Positions 1 to 10,821 of a stretch of DNA of 64,000 bases are shown in pieces. Position numbers and translations under genes: made by a program. Positions within the stretch are counted from its first letter, which is position 1; every line of letters starts with the position of its first letter. The DNA comes from Escherichia coli (lineage in GTDB: Bacteria > Pseudomonadota > Gammaproteobacteria > Enterobacterales > Enterobacteriaceae), in NCBI RefSeq assembly GCF_003334815.1, contig NZ_QOWO01000006.1; one strand, written 5' to 3'. A model generated the notes under the pieces. It worked only from the letters and a program-made list of their open reading frames with translations, did not search any database and was not told where the DNA came from.

Positions 1-72
1 CAGAAGTGAAACGCCGTAGCGCCGATGGTAGTGTGGGGTCTCCCCATGCGAGAGTAGGGAACTGCCAGGCAT
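1..72 (+). rRNA. rrf: 5S ribosomal RNA, 3' 72 nt (5' part lies outside the window)
   Basis: Sequence ...GCCGATGGTAGTGTGGGGTCTCCCCATGCGAGAGTAGGGAACTGCCAGGCAT matches the 3' end of E. coli 5S rRNA as recalled; a terminator hairpin follows. Confidence 0.93.
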
Positions 73-84
73 CAAATTATGCGA

Positions 85-111
85 AAGGCCATCCTGACGG
101 ATGGCCTTTTT
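85..111 (+). terminator. rrn operon intrinsic terminator
   Basis: Inverted repeat GGCCATCC/GGATGGCC with 4-nt loop followed by TTTTT immediately after the 5S 3' end. Confidence 0.75.
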
Positions 112-395
112 GCATTGGCGCAGAAAAAAATGCCTGATGCGACGCTGCGCGTCTTATACTCCCACATATGCCAGATTCAGCAACGGATACGGCTTCCCCA
201 ACTTGCCCACTTCCATACGTGTCCTCCTTACCAGAAATTTATCCTTAAGCTCCTCAATAACCATTTTCCTGCTAACTAAATTCATGGTTAAGGTTGCATA
301 ATGATATGCAACAAATGTATAACATTTCCTTTACCAAAAAAAATAAACAAAAGCGACCGACAAAAGCATCGGATTACGGCAGGAGACATAATGGC

Positions 396-1694
396 ATGGC
401 TGAAAGTACTGTAACGGCAGACAGCAAACTGACAAGTAGTGATACTCGTCGCCGCATTTGGGCGATTGTGGGGGCCTCTTCAGGTAATCTGGTCGAGTGG
501 TTCGATTTCTATGTCTACTCGTTCTGTTCACTCTACTTTGCCCACATCTTCTTCCCTTCCGGGAACACGACGACTCAACTACTACAAACAGCAGGTGTTT
601 TTGCTGCGGGATTCCTGATGCGCCCAATAGGCGGTTGGCTATTTGGCCGCATAGCCGATAAACATGGTCGCAAAAAATCGATGCTGTTATCGGTGTGTAT
701 GATGTGTTTCGGATCGCTGGTTATCGCCTGCCTCCCAGGTTATGAAACTATAGGTACGTGGGCTCCGGCATTATTGCTTCTCGCTCGTTTATTTCAGGGA
801 TTATCTGTTGGCGGAGAATATGGCACCAGCGCCACCTATATGAGTGAAGTTGCCGTTGAAGGGCGCAAAGGTTTTTACGCATCATTTCAGTATGTGACGT
901 TGATCGGCGGACAACTGCTAGCCCTACTGGTTGTCGTGGTTTTACAACACACCATGGAAGACGCTGCACTCAGAGAGTGGGGATGGCGTATTCCTTTCGC
1001 GTTAGGAGCTGTGTTAGCTGTTGTGGCGTTGTGGTTACGTCGTCAGTTAGATGAAACTTCGCAACAAGAAACGCGCGCTTTAAAAGAAGCTGGATCTCTG
1101 AAAGGATTATGGCGCAATCGCCGTGCATTCATCATGGTTCTCGGTTTTACCGCTGCGGGCTCCCTTTGTTTCTATACCTTCACTACTTATATGCAGAAGT
1201 ATCTGGTAAATACTGCGGGAATGCATGCCAACGTGGCGAGTGGCATTATGACTGCCGCATTGTTTGTATTCATGCTTATTCAACCACTCATTGGCGCGCT
1301 GTCGGATAAGATTGGTCGCCGTACCTCAATGTTATGTTTCGGTTCGCTGGCAGCCATTTTTACCGTTCCTATTCTCTCAGCATTGCAAAACGTTTCCTCG
1401 CCTTATGCCGCTTTTGGTCTGGTGATGTGTGCCCTGCTGATAGTGAGTTTTTATACATCAATCAGTGGAATACTGAAGGCTGAGATGTTCCCGGCACAGG
1501 TTCGCGCATTAGGCGTTGGTCTGTCATATGCGGTCGCTAATGCTATATTTGGTGGTTCGGCGGAGTACGTAGCGTTGTCGCTGAAATCAATAGGAATGGA
1601 AACAGCCTTCTTCTGGTATGTGACCTTGATGGCCGTGGTGGCGTTTCTGGTTTCTTTGATGCTACATCGCAAAGGGAAGGGGATGCGTCTTTAG
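396..1694 (+). CDS. kgtP: alpha-ketoglutarate:H+ symporter (MFS)
   Basis: Track ORF 294..1694 trimmed to ATG 396 preceded by AGGAGA; 432-aa product [15 protein letters not shown]... matches KgtP as recalled; multi-TM MFS composition. Confidence 0.93.
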
Positions 1695-2014
1695 TGACGG
1701 GTCAGTTGCCAGACGGTATAGCCGGTGCTTGCACCGGCGACATCCCAGGCCAAATCCTTCCAGCTCCAGCCGCTCCCTTCGGGGCGGCTATCCCAAAGCT
1801 CTTTTGACGCCCCCAAACTGACAGAGAACATCAATCCAAACATGGCACTGCGATCCCGGCTCATCCCCTGATGCTGTGAATATTCATTTCCGGCGGCGGA
1901 AAGCATCGCCGAGGCGATAAAGTGTTGAGCTTTATCCTGCCCGCTCCAGCTATCGTTAGCCATATGGCTGCATCCAGAAAGTAACAATAGCGAACAGACA
2001 AAAAGAATACGCAA
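1691..2014 (-). CDS. yfiM: small lipoprotein YfiM (lipobox LLSGC)
   Basis: Track ORF 1691..2035; likely TTG start at 2014 with GGAGG 7 nt upstream giving 107 aa [17 protein letters not shown]...; the stop overlaps the kgtP stop (convergent). Confidence 0.75.
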
Positions 2015-2029
2015 AACGTGGCCTCCAAA

Positions 2030-2056
2030 AAACAAACCCCGTACAGGACGGGGTTG
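2030..2056 (-). terminator. hairpin terminator downstream of pssA
   Basis: AACCCCGTACAGGACGGGGTT palindrome followed by a T-run on the minus strand; overlaps the yfiM ribosome-binding region. Confidence 0.5.
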
Positions 2057-2059
2057 TGA

Positions 2060-3415
2060 TTACAGGATGCGGCTAATTAATCGGTCGATGCGGATACGGC
2101 GCAAACGGCGGATGAGTTTACGAACCTTCACCGGATAATCGGCAATACTTTGCAGATCGCGATAGTGCTTAACGATGGTGGTATGCTCGCGGATCAGCTC
2201 CAGTTCTTTCTCTCGCTGTGGCGCCAGCTCAAGTTGCGGATCGTGGATCAAAATGGCGTTTTCCAGATCCAGACGCCAGGCGCGCGGGTTCAGGTTATTA
2301 CCGGTGATCAACATCCACTTATCATCAACCCACATCCCTTTCAGGTGATAGGTGTTGTCGTCATCTTTCCATAACCGAACCACTAGCTGGTCAGTATTGA
2401 CGTAATACTGCAAACGGCTCAGGAAACGACGCAGATTGATCTCATAGAGATAAGGCAATGCGCCAATTATCTTGAAAGGTTCATCTTCCGGAATGTAGAA
2501 GTCATTCGCGGTTTTATCACCAACAATAATTTCGACCTTTTTCCCTTCGCGCAGCAACTGGATAATATTGCGCACAAGGATTGCTGGCAGGTTGAAGTAT
2601 GGCGTACAGATGGTTAGTTTCTGCTCGGCACAAGGCATAAGATGGAAAATGGTCTTGTTCAACAGACTCGATTTCCCCAGCCCCACTAGCGGCGTTACAG
2701 AAAGCTGATCGTTGTCGGCATCGCCCTGGAAATGATAAGCGGCATCACGCAGCTCCTGGCGGAACAGACGAATATCGTTCTTGATTTCCGGGCTTTTTGG
2801 CCGATTAACATCATCCAGACGATTAACGCCGCGGCCATTCATAATATTCTGTGTAACCCATTCAAACATAATGTCTGACATCTTACGGTTACGGATCAGA
2901 TGATAACGGTCGTAGCGATATTTATCGTGCTGATGCAGGTAAACATCGTTCAGGCTGGCACCGCTATAAAGTACGCTATCGTCGATGATAAAGCCTTTAA
3001 AGTGCAGAACACCAAGGGCTTCACGAGTATTGATTGGAACGCCATAAACCGGAACATCTACGCCCGGATTTTCCTGCGCCATGCGGCAGTACCAGTCAGC
3101 GTTAGTGTTAGATGCCGCAGCGCCAATGCGTCCACGTTGTGCACGATGCCAGTCGACCAGCACCCGCACATCCAGTTCCGGACGCTGCCTTTTAGCCTCA
3201 TACAACGCGTTCAGAATGCCTTTGCCACCGTCATCCTGTTCGAGATACAGGGCGACAATGCAAATGCGCTGCTTCGCGCTGGCTATTTTTTCCAGCAGCG
3301 TCTCCCGGAAGTCGGCGGGAGCGTAAAAGAAATCGACATCATCAACTGATTGAGAAATCTTGGGTAGTTGGGCAAGGTGTTGTTGATGTTTATTACGCTT
3401 AAATTTTGACAACAT
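2060..3415 (-). CDS. pssA: CDP-diacylglycerol--serine O-phosphatidyltransferase (phosphatidylserine synthase)
   Basis: Track ORF 2060..3418 (452 aa with tandem Met); MLSKFKRNKHQQHLAQLPKISQSV... matches PssA as recalled (451 aa from second Met). Confidence 0.93.
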   Translation of the reverse strand: MLSKFKRNKHQQHLAQLPKISQSVDDVDFFYAPADFRETLLEKIASAKQRICIVALYLEQDDGGKGILNALYEAKRQRPELDVRVLVDWHRAQRGRIGAAASNTNADWYCRMAQENPGVDVPVYGVPINTREALGVLHFKGFIIDDSVLYSGASLNDVYLHQHDKYRYDRYHLIRNRKMSDIMFEWVTQNIMNGRGVNRLDDVNRPKSPEIKNDIRLFRQELRDAAYHFQGDADNDQLSVTPLVGLGKSSLLNKTIFHLMPCAEQKLTICTPYFNLPAILVRNIIQLLREGKKVEIIVGDKTANDFYIPEDEPFKIIGALPYLYEINLRRFLSRLQYYVNTDQLVVRLWKDDDNTYHLKGMWVDDKWMLITGNNLNPRAWRLDLENAILIHDPQLELAPQREKELELIREHTTIVKHYRDLQSIADYPVKVRKLIRRLRRIRIDRLISRIL

Positions 3416-3528
3416 CACAGTGCATTTCTTCTCTGTTCATTGAAGGGTCCTCTGTGCAATGCAGACGACATAAGCGGGCAATAATAACACCAGTCCCGAT
3501 TAAGTGGTCAACATTTCCAGTACCTTAC

Positions 3529-6189
3529 TCATGATTCCTCGCGCTGGGCAAGATTTAGCGTAAGCCCAACGATCCCCTCTTCGAGCTGGATATCAACGTT
3601 AAACCCGAGCTTGCGGGCTAGCGCCACCATGCCACGATTGTTTGGCATCGTAATACCATTCAGACGTTGTAGTCCGTGATCTCGCGTATAGGTAATCAAC
3701 TTTTCCATTAAGCGTCGACCTAAGCCTAACCCTTTGAGATCCGAGCGAACCAGTACAGCAAATTCGGCATCGATGTTATCAGGATCGGAAATCGCACGCG
3801 TGACGCCGAGGATCTCTTCCGTTTGATCAATACGTCGTACCGCTACAAACGCCATTTCCCGATCGTAGTCGATCTGTGTCATGTTGGCTAAATCTTCATG
3901 GGTAAATTCGTTGATCTCGCTAAAGTAGCGGTAATAAAGATCTTCTTTGGTGACTCGCGAAATGAATTGCTGAAGTTGTGGCTCATCTTCTGGCAAAATC
4001 GGGCGGAACAAGCAGCGTTCACCGTTTTTCAATTCTACCCATTCTTCCAGCTGATGCGGATAAGGGCGCACTGCCAGCCGACTCTCGTTATCGCCTTCAA
4101 ACGGCGAGATATCCAGCGTGACATCCAGCGCGGTAAATTCACTGCCAGAAGCCAGCAAAGGATGAATATCCAGACGCTGAATTTCCGGGCAATCGACAAT
4201 CAAGTTGGAAACCTGCACCAGAAGCTGGCTCAAGCCTGCAACATCCAATGGGCGTAGCGCACTGCGCGCACGAATCTTTTTACTTTTGATCCCCTGAATA
4301 ACCAGATAGCGGGCCAGGTTCATGTTCAGCGGCGGCAGTGCGACGACGGCTTGATCTTCAGGACGCCACTCCACACCGCCTTCACCCAGCATGATCAACG
4401 GCCCGAAAACCGGATCGTGCTCAACCACAACCCGCAACTCCTGAGCGCCAGCACGGTTAGCCATACTTTGCACCAACAGGCCGTGGACCCGCGCCTGTGG
4501 CCAGGCCATTTTTACGCGATCGAAAATAGCGTTCGCCGCTTGCTGGACTTCATTGGCTGTACGCAGGTAAAGCATGACGCCCTGAACTTCCGATTTATGT
4601 GGAATATCCGGCGAACGCAATTTCAGCGCCACCGGATAACCAATCTGTTCGGCAATATGCACCGCTTCGGTGCTATCGCTGGCAATCCAGGTAGGGAGCG
4701 TGTTCATGCCATACGCTTGCAGGATGGGCTGAACTTCATGGGTATCGAGCGACGTAGCCCCTTCGGCAATCGCCTGTTGCAACAGAAGATGCGCTTCTGC
4801 GGTATTGGAAGTCAGATTGCTGGGCAACGCCGGCGTTTCGCGTAGTTGCTTCTGATTACGCCGGTACTCCACCATATGCATAAAAGCAGTGATGGTTCCT
4901 TCCGGGGTACGGTAGGTCGGCAGCCCGGCTTCGCTGAATAAACGTCGTGCCTCTTGCGAGGAGTGCTCGCCGCACCAGTTCGTCAGCAAAGAGACATATT
5001 TGCTGCGGGGATGATGCTTTACCGCTTCAATTAATACTTGCGCGCTTTCTGTTGCGGGAGCAGCGGCGCTGGGCGAATGAATAACCATCAGCGCGTCAAA
5101 ATCCTGGCTGTGGAGCAGAATATCCAGCGTTTTAATATAGTGCTCACTGCTGGCGTCATCGCGTAGATCGAGCGGGTTAGATATTGCCACATGTTCTGGC
5201 AGTGCATCGCGCAGTTTCTGGCAGGTTTCTTCGCTTAGCGTTGCCAGCTTGCCATTGCGTGACCATAAGGCATCCAGCGCCAGCGCGGCAGGCGCAGCAC
5301 CGTTGCTGATAATCATCAGCCGGTCGCCACGTAGCGGGCGCATATGGCTAAGGGTTTCCACCGCCGAAAACAGCTCGTGGGTGTCCTGTACCCGCAACAA
5401 ACCGGCACGCTGAATAGCCGCATCCCATGCCGGGTCCATTCCTGCCGTCGTGTTGAGCAGTCGCTGTGCCGCCGGGCTACGTCCGCTTTTAATCACCAGA
5501 ATCGGTTTATTACGCGAGGCACTACGGGCCGCCGAAACAAAGCGTCGCGCGTCGCTTAACTGTTCGAGATAGAGCAGGATGGCGCTGGTTTTACTGTCGC
5601 GTGCCAGATAGTCAAGCAATTCATCAACGTCGATATCCAGGCTGTCGCCGAGCGCAATAAAGTAGGAAAAGCCCATCTTACGCTGTTGCGCCCAGTCGAG
5701 GATGGTGTTGGAGACGGCAGCCGATTGCGAAATAAACGCCAGCTTGCCGCGTTTAATCGGCACAGGCGAAAAGCTGGCATTCAGACCTTGCCAGGGAGCC
5801 AGTAAACCCAGACTGTTTGGTCCAAGCAGGCGCATGTTATGGCGCAGGGCGCAGGCGCGGAGATCTTCGTGTTGCGATGCCGGGGCGGAAAGAATAATGC
5901 AGGTTTTACAGCCTTTCTCGCCGAGCTCTTCCAGAAGAGCAAGATTACGGCTGGCATTGGTACATAAAACCGCAAGGTCGGGTGTAAAGGGCAAGCTGGC
6001 AATATCCGGCCAGGCCAACACACCCAACACCGCTTTCCAGGCTGGCGTCACCGGGAGTACCGGTCCGTTAAAGCCTCCCGCCAGCAGGTTACGCATCATC
6101 AGGTAACCTGCGCGATTGGGTTTCATCGACGCGCCAATTACCGCTATCGATTTTGGTCGCAGTAGTGCTTCCAGTCCTCGCTGACTCAT
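3529..6189 (-). CDS. patZ: protein lysine acetyltransferase (acyl-CoA synthetase-like NDP-forming domain + GNAT)
   Basis: 886-aa ORF MSQRGLEALLRPKSIAVIGAS... matches PatZ/YfiQ/Pka as recalled; CoA-binding N-terminus and C-terminal GNAT motif. Confidence 0.93.
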   Translation of the reverse strand: MSQRGLEALLRPKSIAVIGASMKPNRAGYLMMRNLLAGGFNGPVLPVTPAWKAVLGVLAWPDIASLPFTPDLAVLCTNASRNLALLEELGEKGCKTCIILSAPASQHEDLRACALRHNMRLLGPNSLGLLAPWQGLNASFSPVPIKRGKLAFISQSAAVSNTILDWAQQRKMGFSYFIALGDSLDIDVDELLDYLARDSKTSAILLYLEQLSDARRFVSAARSASRNKPILVIKSGRSPAAQRLLNTTAGMDPAWDAAIQRAGLLRVQDTHELFSAVETLSHMRPLRGDRLMIISNGAAPAALALDALWSRNGKLATLSEETCQKLRDALPEHVAISNPLDLRDDASSEHYIKTLDILLHSQDFDALMVIHSPSAAAPATESAQVLIEAVKHHPRSKYVSLLTNWCGEHSSQEARRLFSEAGLPTYRTPEGTITAFMHMVEYRRNQKQLRETPALPSNLTSNTAEAHLLLQQAIAEGATSLDTHEVQPILQAYGMNTLPTWIASDSTEAVHIAEQIGYPVALKLRSPDIPHKSEVQGVMLYLRTANEVQQAANAIFDRVKMAWPQARVHGLLVQSMANRAGAQELRVVVEHDPVFGPLIMLGEGGVEWRPEDQAVVALPPLNMNLARYLVIQGIKSKKIRARSALRPLDVAGLSQLLVQVSNLIVDCPEIQRLDIHPLLASGSEFTALDVTLDISPFEGDNESRLAVRPYPHQLEEWVELKNGERCLFRPILPEDEPQLQQFISRVTKEDLYYRYFSEINEFTHEDLANMTQIDYDREMAFVAVRRIDQTEEILGVTRAISDPDNIDAEFAVLVRSDLKGLGLGRRLMEKLITYTRDHGLQRLNGITMPNNRGMVALARKLGFNVDIQLEEGIVGLTLNLAQREES

Positions 6190-6220
6190 ACCGGTCTCCC
6201 GCAGAAGTGACCGAATGATT

Positions 6221-6919
6221 TTAAACGCTTTCTAACTGTTCTGCTGTGATGCTACCCAGATGTTGCGTTTTTCCTGCCAGATAGCGTGTTTTAAAGCGGG
6301 TAAAATGCTCGCCTAACCCTGCCGCCGCCCCGGTATCGCCGGCCATATCTAACAGTGCGATGGCTACCTCGGCAGTACAATATTGGCCTTCAGCCTGGGC
6401 TTCACGCAGGCGATAGGCAGAAAGCCGGGAAAGATCGACGGAAATGACGGGAAGATTATCCAGATACGGACTTTTACGAAACATCTTGCGAGCTTCCGGC
6501 CAGGTACCATCGAGCATGATAAACAGCGGTGGCTTACCGGCAGGTGGTGTGAAGATCACTTCCCGTTGCTCATCAGCATACGAAGCGGGAAAGACCACCA
6601 TTGGCTGATAGTCCGGGTTTTGCACCAACTCCAGCAAATCCTGCGAGGGTTCGGTACGCGACCATTGAAACGCAACGGTATCAGGCAAAATATCAGCAAT
6701 GAGACGCCCGGTATTACTGGGCTTCATTGGCTCGGTGTCGAACATCAGCAAACAGAAGCGACTTTTTGCTTGTGCTGGGGTAATTGTCGAACAGAGACAT
6801 AATTTCTCTGGCAAAAGACAGCGTTGGCAGCGACGAACGCGATTACCGCGGGCAAGAAAAGGACGTGTTGCGCGCGCAATACGCTCGGCGCGTAACTGGA
6901 GAACAGCGTTTTCGGTCAT
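6221..6919 (-). CDS. tapT: tRNA-uridine aminocarboxypropyltransferase (DTW domain)
   Basis: Track ORF 6221..6970 trimmed to ATG 6919 (MTENAVLQLRAERIARATRP..., 232 aa) = YfiP/TapT as recalled; start choice is less certain (no strong SD). Confidence 0.8.
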   Translation of the reverse strand: MTENAVLQLRAERIARATRPFLARGNRVRRCQRCLLPEKLCLCSTITPAQAKSRFCLLMFDTEPMKPSNTGRLIADILPDTVAFQWSRTEPSQDLLELVQNPDYQPMVVFPASYADEQREVIFTPPAGKPPLFIMLDGTWPEARKMFRKSPYLDNLPVISVDLSRLSAYRLREAQAEGQYCTAEVAIALLDMAGDTGAAAGLGEHFTRFKTRYLAGKTQHLGSITAEQLESV

Positions 6920-6987
6920 AAGAGAGCGTCGAAAAAACGCCATTGTCGCAGAGGAGAAAACGGGGCACAAGATGCGCCCCGGTAAGA

Positions 6988-7407
6988 TTAAAGAGATTCG
7001 TTCAGCCAGCTATCGAACGGCGCTTTCGGTACTGCGCCATTAAGCATGTCGACAACCTGACCGTTTTTGAAAATCATGATCGTCGGTATACTACGAATTC
7101 CAAAGCGACTGCTCAATTCACGTTCAGCTTCGGTATTCACTTTCACAAAGCGCACTTTACCGCTACGCTCTTGCGCGACATCTTCAAAAATTGGTGCGAA
7201 ATTACGGCAGGGGCCGCACCACGGTGCCCAGAAGTCGATCACCACAGGTAGATCATCCTTCAGCAATTTGTCGAGTGTTTCACCGGTCGCATTAATCACC
7301 TCTCCGTCAAACAAGTCGTGACCGCAGCGTCCGCATTTTGCCGCATCTTCGATCCGATCGTCGGGAATGCGATTGATGGCCTGACAATGGGTACAAACGG
7401 TATTCAT
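6988..7407 (-). CDS. trxC: thioredoxin 2 (N-terminal zinc-finger CxxC pairs + WCGPC active site)
   Basis: 139-aa [20 protein letters not shown]...[11 protein letters not shown] matches TrxC. Confidence 0.95.
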
Positions 7408-7613
7408 AACTAACCTCGGGATGAGTAAGGAGACTTATCGGCAACGACGCCGGTATGTTTCTAATATGTTACATATTATCGGGGACATTGTTCCAGACAA
7501 CAATCTGTTTTATTCAATAGGTATGATAGTCGCAGGCTTTGGTACGAAATCATGGCGAACCGCGCGGACTTCGGGTAATCTGCGCGCTTCGCGCAGCGCT
7601 GGTGGAGAAAAGC

Positions 7614-8651
7614 ATGAACGATGAAATGAAAGGTAAAAGCGGCAAGGTCAAAGTGATGTATGTCCGCAGTGATGATGATTCTGATAAACGTACCCACAAC
7701 CCGCGTACCGGGAAAGGGGGCGGGCGTCCAGGAAAATCTCGTGCTGACGGTGGCCGTCGCCCCGCCCGCGATGACAAACAGAGTCAGCCCCGTGACCGCA
7801 AGTGGGAAGATTCGCCGTGGCGCACGGTTTCCCGCGCGCCGGGTGATGAGACGCCGGAAAAGGCCGATCACGGTGGCATCAGTGGTAAAAGTTTTATTGA
7901 TCCGGAAGTGTTGCGTCGTCAGCGTGCGGAAGAAACCCGCGTCTACGGCGAAAATGCATGTCAGGCACTTTTCCAGAGCCGTCCGGAAGCGATTGTTCGC
8001 GCCTGGTTTATCCAGAGTGTAACGCCGCGTTTTAAAGAAGCTTTGCGCTGGATGGCAGCAAACCGCAAAGCGTACCATGTGGTGGATGAAGCGGAATTGA
8101 CAAAAGCGTCAGGCACGGAACATCACGGCGGCGTTTGCTTCTTGATCAAAAAGCGTAACGGTACAACCGTGCAGCAGTGGGTAAGCCAGGCAGGCGCGCA
8201 GGATTGCGTTCTGGCACTGGAAAACGAATCTAACCCGCATAACCTGGGTGGCATGATGCGCAGCTGCGCGCACTTCGGCGTGAAAGGTGTCGTGGTGCAG
8301 GATGCGGCACTGCTGGAGTCGGGGGCGGCTATCCGTACCGCAGAAGGCGGCGCAGAGCACGTTCAGCCGATTACTGGCGACAACATTGTTAACGTGCTGG
8401 ATGATTTCCGTCAGGCAGGTTACACCGTAGTGACCACTTCCAGCGAGCAGGGTAAACCGCTGTTCAAAACTAGTCTGCCAGCGAAAATGGTACTGGTGCT
8501 GGGTCAGGAATATGAAGGGTTACCGGATGCCGCACGCGATCCGAACGATCTGCGCGTGAAGATTGACGGTACGGGCAACGTTGCCGGGCTGAATATCTCT
8601 GTCGCAACCGGCGTTTTGCTTGGTGAATGGTGGCGTCAGAATAAAGCCTGA
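7614..8651 (+). CDS. yfiF: SpoU/TrmH-family RNA 2'-O-methyltransferase with basic low-complexity N-terminal extension
   Basis: Track ORF 7539..8651 trimmed to ATG 7614 ([14 protein letters not shown]..., 345 aa) matching YfiF as recalled; SPOUT-like C-terminal domain. Confidence 0.88.
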
Positions 8652-8698
8652 TAAATCAGCCGGGTGGCAACTCTGCCATCCGGCATTTCCCCGCAAAT

Positions 8699-9388
8699 TT
8701 ACTCACTCTCTGCCGGTAATACTGGCATCCAGTCAATCGGCGTCTCGCCACGTTGTTCCAGCCACTGATTTGCCAGCACAAAATGGTTGCAGCCAAAGAA
8801 TCCACGATGCGCCGAAAGCGGCGACGGATGCGGTGCTTTCAGTACATGATGGCGTTGCTTATCTATAATCGCCCCTTTCTTTTGCGCATGCGATCCCCAC
8901 AACAAAAACACCACGCCTTCGCGATGCTGGTTAATCAGGCTGATCACTTTATCGGTGAAGGTTTCCCAGCCGAGGCTGGCGTGGGAATGCGCCTGACCTG
9001 CGCGTACCGTCAACACAGTATTGAGTAGCAGAACGCCCTGACGCGCCCAGCTTTCAAGATAACCATGATTAGGGCGGGTGAAGCCCGGAATAGTATTTTC
9101 CAGCTCTTTATACATATTCAATAATGACGGAGGAATGGCAATGCCGGGACGAACGGAAAATGCCAGACCATGCGCCTGTCCCGGTCCGTGATAAGGATCC
9201 TGGCCGAGAATCACCACTTTAACGTCACCCAACTCTGTAAAGCGGAACGCGTTAAAGACATCTTTTTGTGGTGGGTAGATAGTGACGCCGGACTGCCGCT
9301 CGCTGGCGACGGTCTGAAGGGTATTAAGAAAATAGGGTTGCTGCTTCTCTTCAGCCAGCACGTCATGCCAGGTTAATTCGTTAGCCAT
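8699..9388 (-). CDS. ung: uracil-DNA glycosylase
   Basis: 229-aa [23 protein letters not shown]...[14 protein letters not shown] matches Ung. Confidence 0.97.
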
Positions 9389-9518
9389 CTCGCTCTCCTG
9401 CGAATCTTCAATCCGCCTAGCTTAACTGCTTCTTTCTACAGAACAAAATCATGCTCATTTTTTAGACTTAAACGAGTGCAAAAAAATGTAAATTGGTAAA
9501 ATTTCACACCCGCATAAG

Positions 9519-9532
9519 TTGATGTAAAACAA
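9519..9532 (+). promoter_or_regulatory. FNR box II of grcA promoter (TTGATGTAAAACAA)
   Basis: TTGAT-N4-AACAA, one mismatch to TTGAT-N4-ATCAA; centre 53 bp upstream of box I, as described for yfiD/grcA. Confidence 0.6.
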
Positions 9533-9571
9533 TAAAATCCATTTGCGACCATACTTGATGTGTGGTTTTTA

Positions 9572-9585
9572 TTGATTTAAATCAA
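9572..9585 (+). promoter_or_regulatory. FNR box I of grcA promoter (TTGATTTAAATCAA)
   Basis: Perfect TTGAT-N4-ATCAA palindrome about 40 bp upstream of a TATATA -10-like element near 9608-9615. Confidence 0.7.
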
Positions 9586-9692
9586 AGATTCAAGGGTGTT
9601 TGAGGAGTATATATACACTCAAGCAACAATGGTTTTACCAATTGGCCGCGACAGGCTGAACAAATCAAATAATTTTGCCGGGGAGGCATCAC

Positions 9693-10076
9693 ATGATTAC
9701 AGGTATCCAGATTACTAAAGCCGCTAACGACGATCTGCTGAACTCTTTCTGGCTGCTGGACAGCGAAAAAGGCGAAGCGCGTTGCATCGTTGCAAAAGCA
9801 GGTTATGCAGAAGATGAAGTGGTTGCAGTAAGCAAACTGGGTGACATTGAATACCGTGAAGTTCCAGTAGAAGTGAAACCAGAAGTTCGCGTTGAAGGTG
9901 GTCAACACCTGAACGTTAACGTTCTGCGTCGCGAAACTCTGGAAGATGCAGTTAAGCATCCGGAAAAATATCCGCAGCTGACCATCCGTGTATCCGGTTA
10001 TGCAGTTCGCTTTAACTCTCTGACTCCGGAACAGCAGCGCGACGTTATCGCTCGTACCTTTACTGAAAGCCTGTAA
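9693..10076 (+). CDS. grcA: stress-induced alternate pyruvate formate-lyase subunit (glycyl-radical cofactor)
   Basis: Track ORF 9675..10076 trimmed to ATG 9693 after GGGAGG; 127 aa [14 protein letters not shown]...[12 protein letters not shown] matches GrcA/YfiD. Confidence 0.96.
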
Positions 10077-10096
10077 GGCTTAAGTAGCAAGTTACT

Positions 10097-10130
10097 AAGC
10101 GGAAGAGGGCGACCTCTTCCGCTTTTTTTC
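10097..10130 (+). terminator. grcA intrinsic terminator
   Basis: GCGGAAGAGG/CCTCTTCCGC 10-bp stem, 4-nt loop, followed by TTTTTTT. Confidence 0.8.
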
Positions 10131-10131
10131 G

Positions 10132-10719
10132 TTAATAGAAAATGCGTACCGCGCAATAGACCAGCAACAGGGCAAGCACGATATTTAACTGGCGACCATA
10201 CTGGCGAAACAATCGCTGAAACAGATGCCCCGCCAGCGCCCAGCACACATTGCCAAACGTCCCAATCATCGCCAGCAAAACGCTGACGCCAACTACCCAG
10301 CTTAACGCCTGTGTTTGCGGCAGAACAAACGTCGACAGTGCCGTAACACCGTACAAAATGATTTTGACGTTCACAAACTGCAAAGCAAAGCTGGCCCAAA
10401 AGCTGATTGGTTTTGCCTGAAGTCCGTCTTCCTTTGTTGGGCTGGTGGCGATTTTCCACGCCAGCCAGACAATATATGCCGCCCCCGCCCAACTCAAAAG
10501 GTGTACCGCTGCCGGGTCAATCACTGCCAGTGAAAATGAAATGCCCGCACACAGTAACATCACAATCAAAAATCCCAGACTCATCCCTGCCAGCACGCGG
10601 GTACTTTGACGAAATCCATGCGACGTAGCAGAGCTAAGGGCGAGAATATTGTTCGGTCCTGGCGTCATAGCGGTAATCAGGGTGTAAGTCCAAAAAGCAC
10701 TTAAAAGGGTCGGTGTCAC
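10132..10719 (-). CDS. eamB: cysteine/O-acetylserine exporter (LysE/RhtB family)
   Basis: 195-aa ORF MTPTLLSAFWTYTLITAMTPGPNN... matches EamB/YfiK. Confidence 0.94.
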   Translation of the reverse strand: MTPTLLSAFWTYTLITAMTPGPNNILALSSATSHGFRQSTRVLAGMSLGFLIVMLLCAGISFSLAVIDPAAVHLLSWAGAAYIVWLAWKIATSPTKEDGLQAKPISFWASFALQFVNVKIILYGVTALSTFVLPQTQALSWVVGVSVLLAMIGTFGNVCWALAGHLFQRLFRQYGRQLNIVLALLLVYCAVRIFY

Positions 10720-10821
10720 TTGTTATCTCCTCTGTTTTGGTAGACAGTACCCGACACGGAACATTTAAAAAAATGAATGTTTTTATATTCTAGATTCGAT
10801 ATTTTCGATAGGTTTGGGGTT

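Noticed and set aside
79-301. Two 66-aa ORFs (79..279 and 101..301, plus strand) immediately after the 5S rRNA
   Set aside because: They run through the rrn terminator hairpin and the kgtP promoter region, have no SD and no recognisable domain; treated as chance ORFs.
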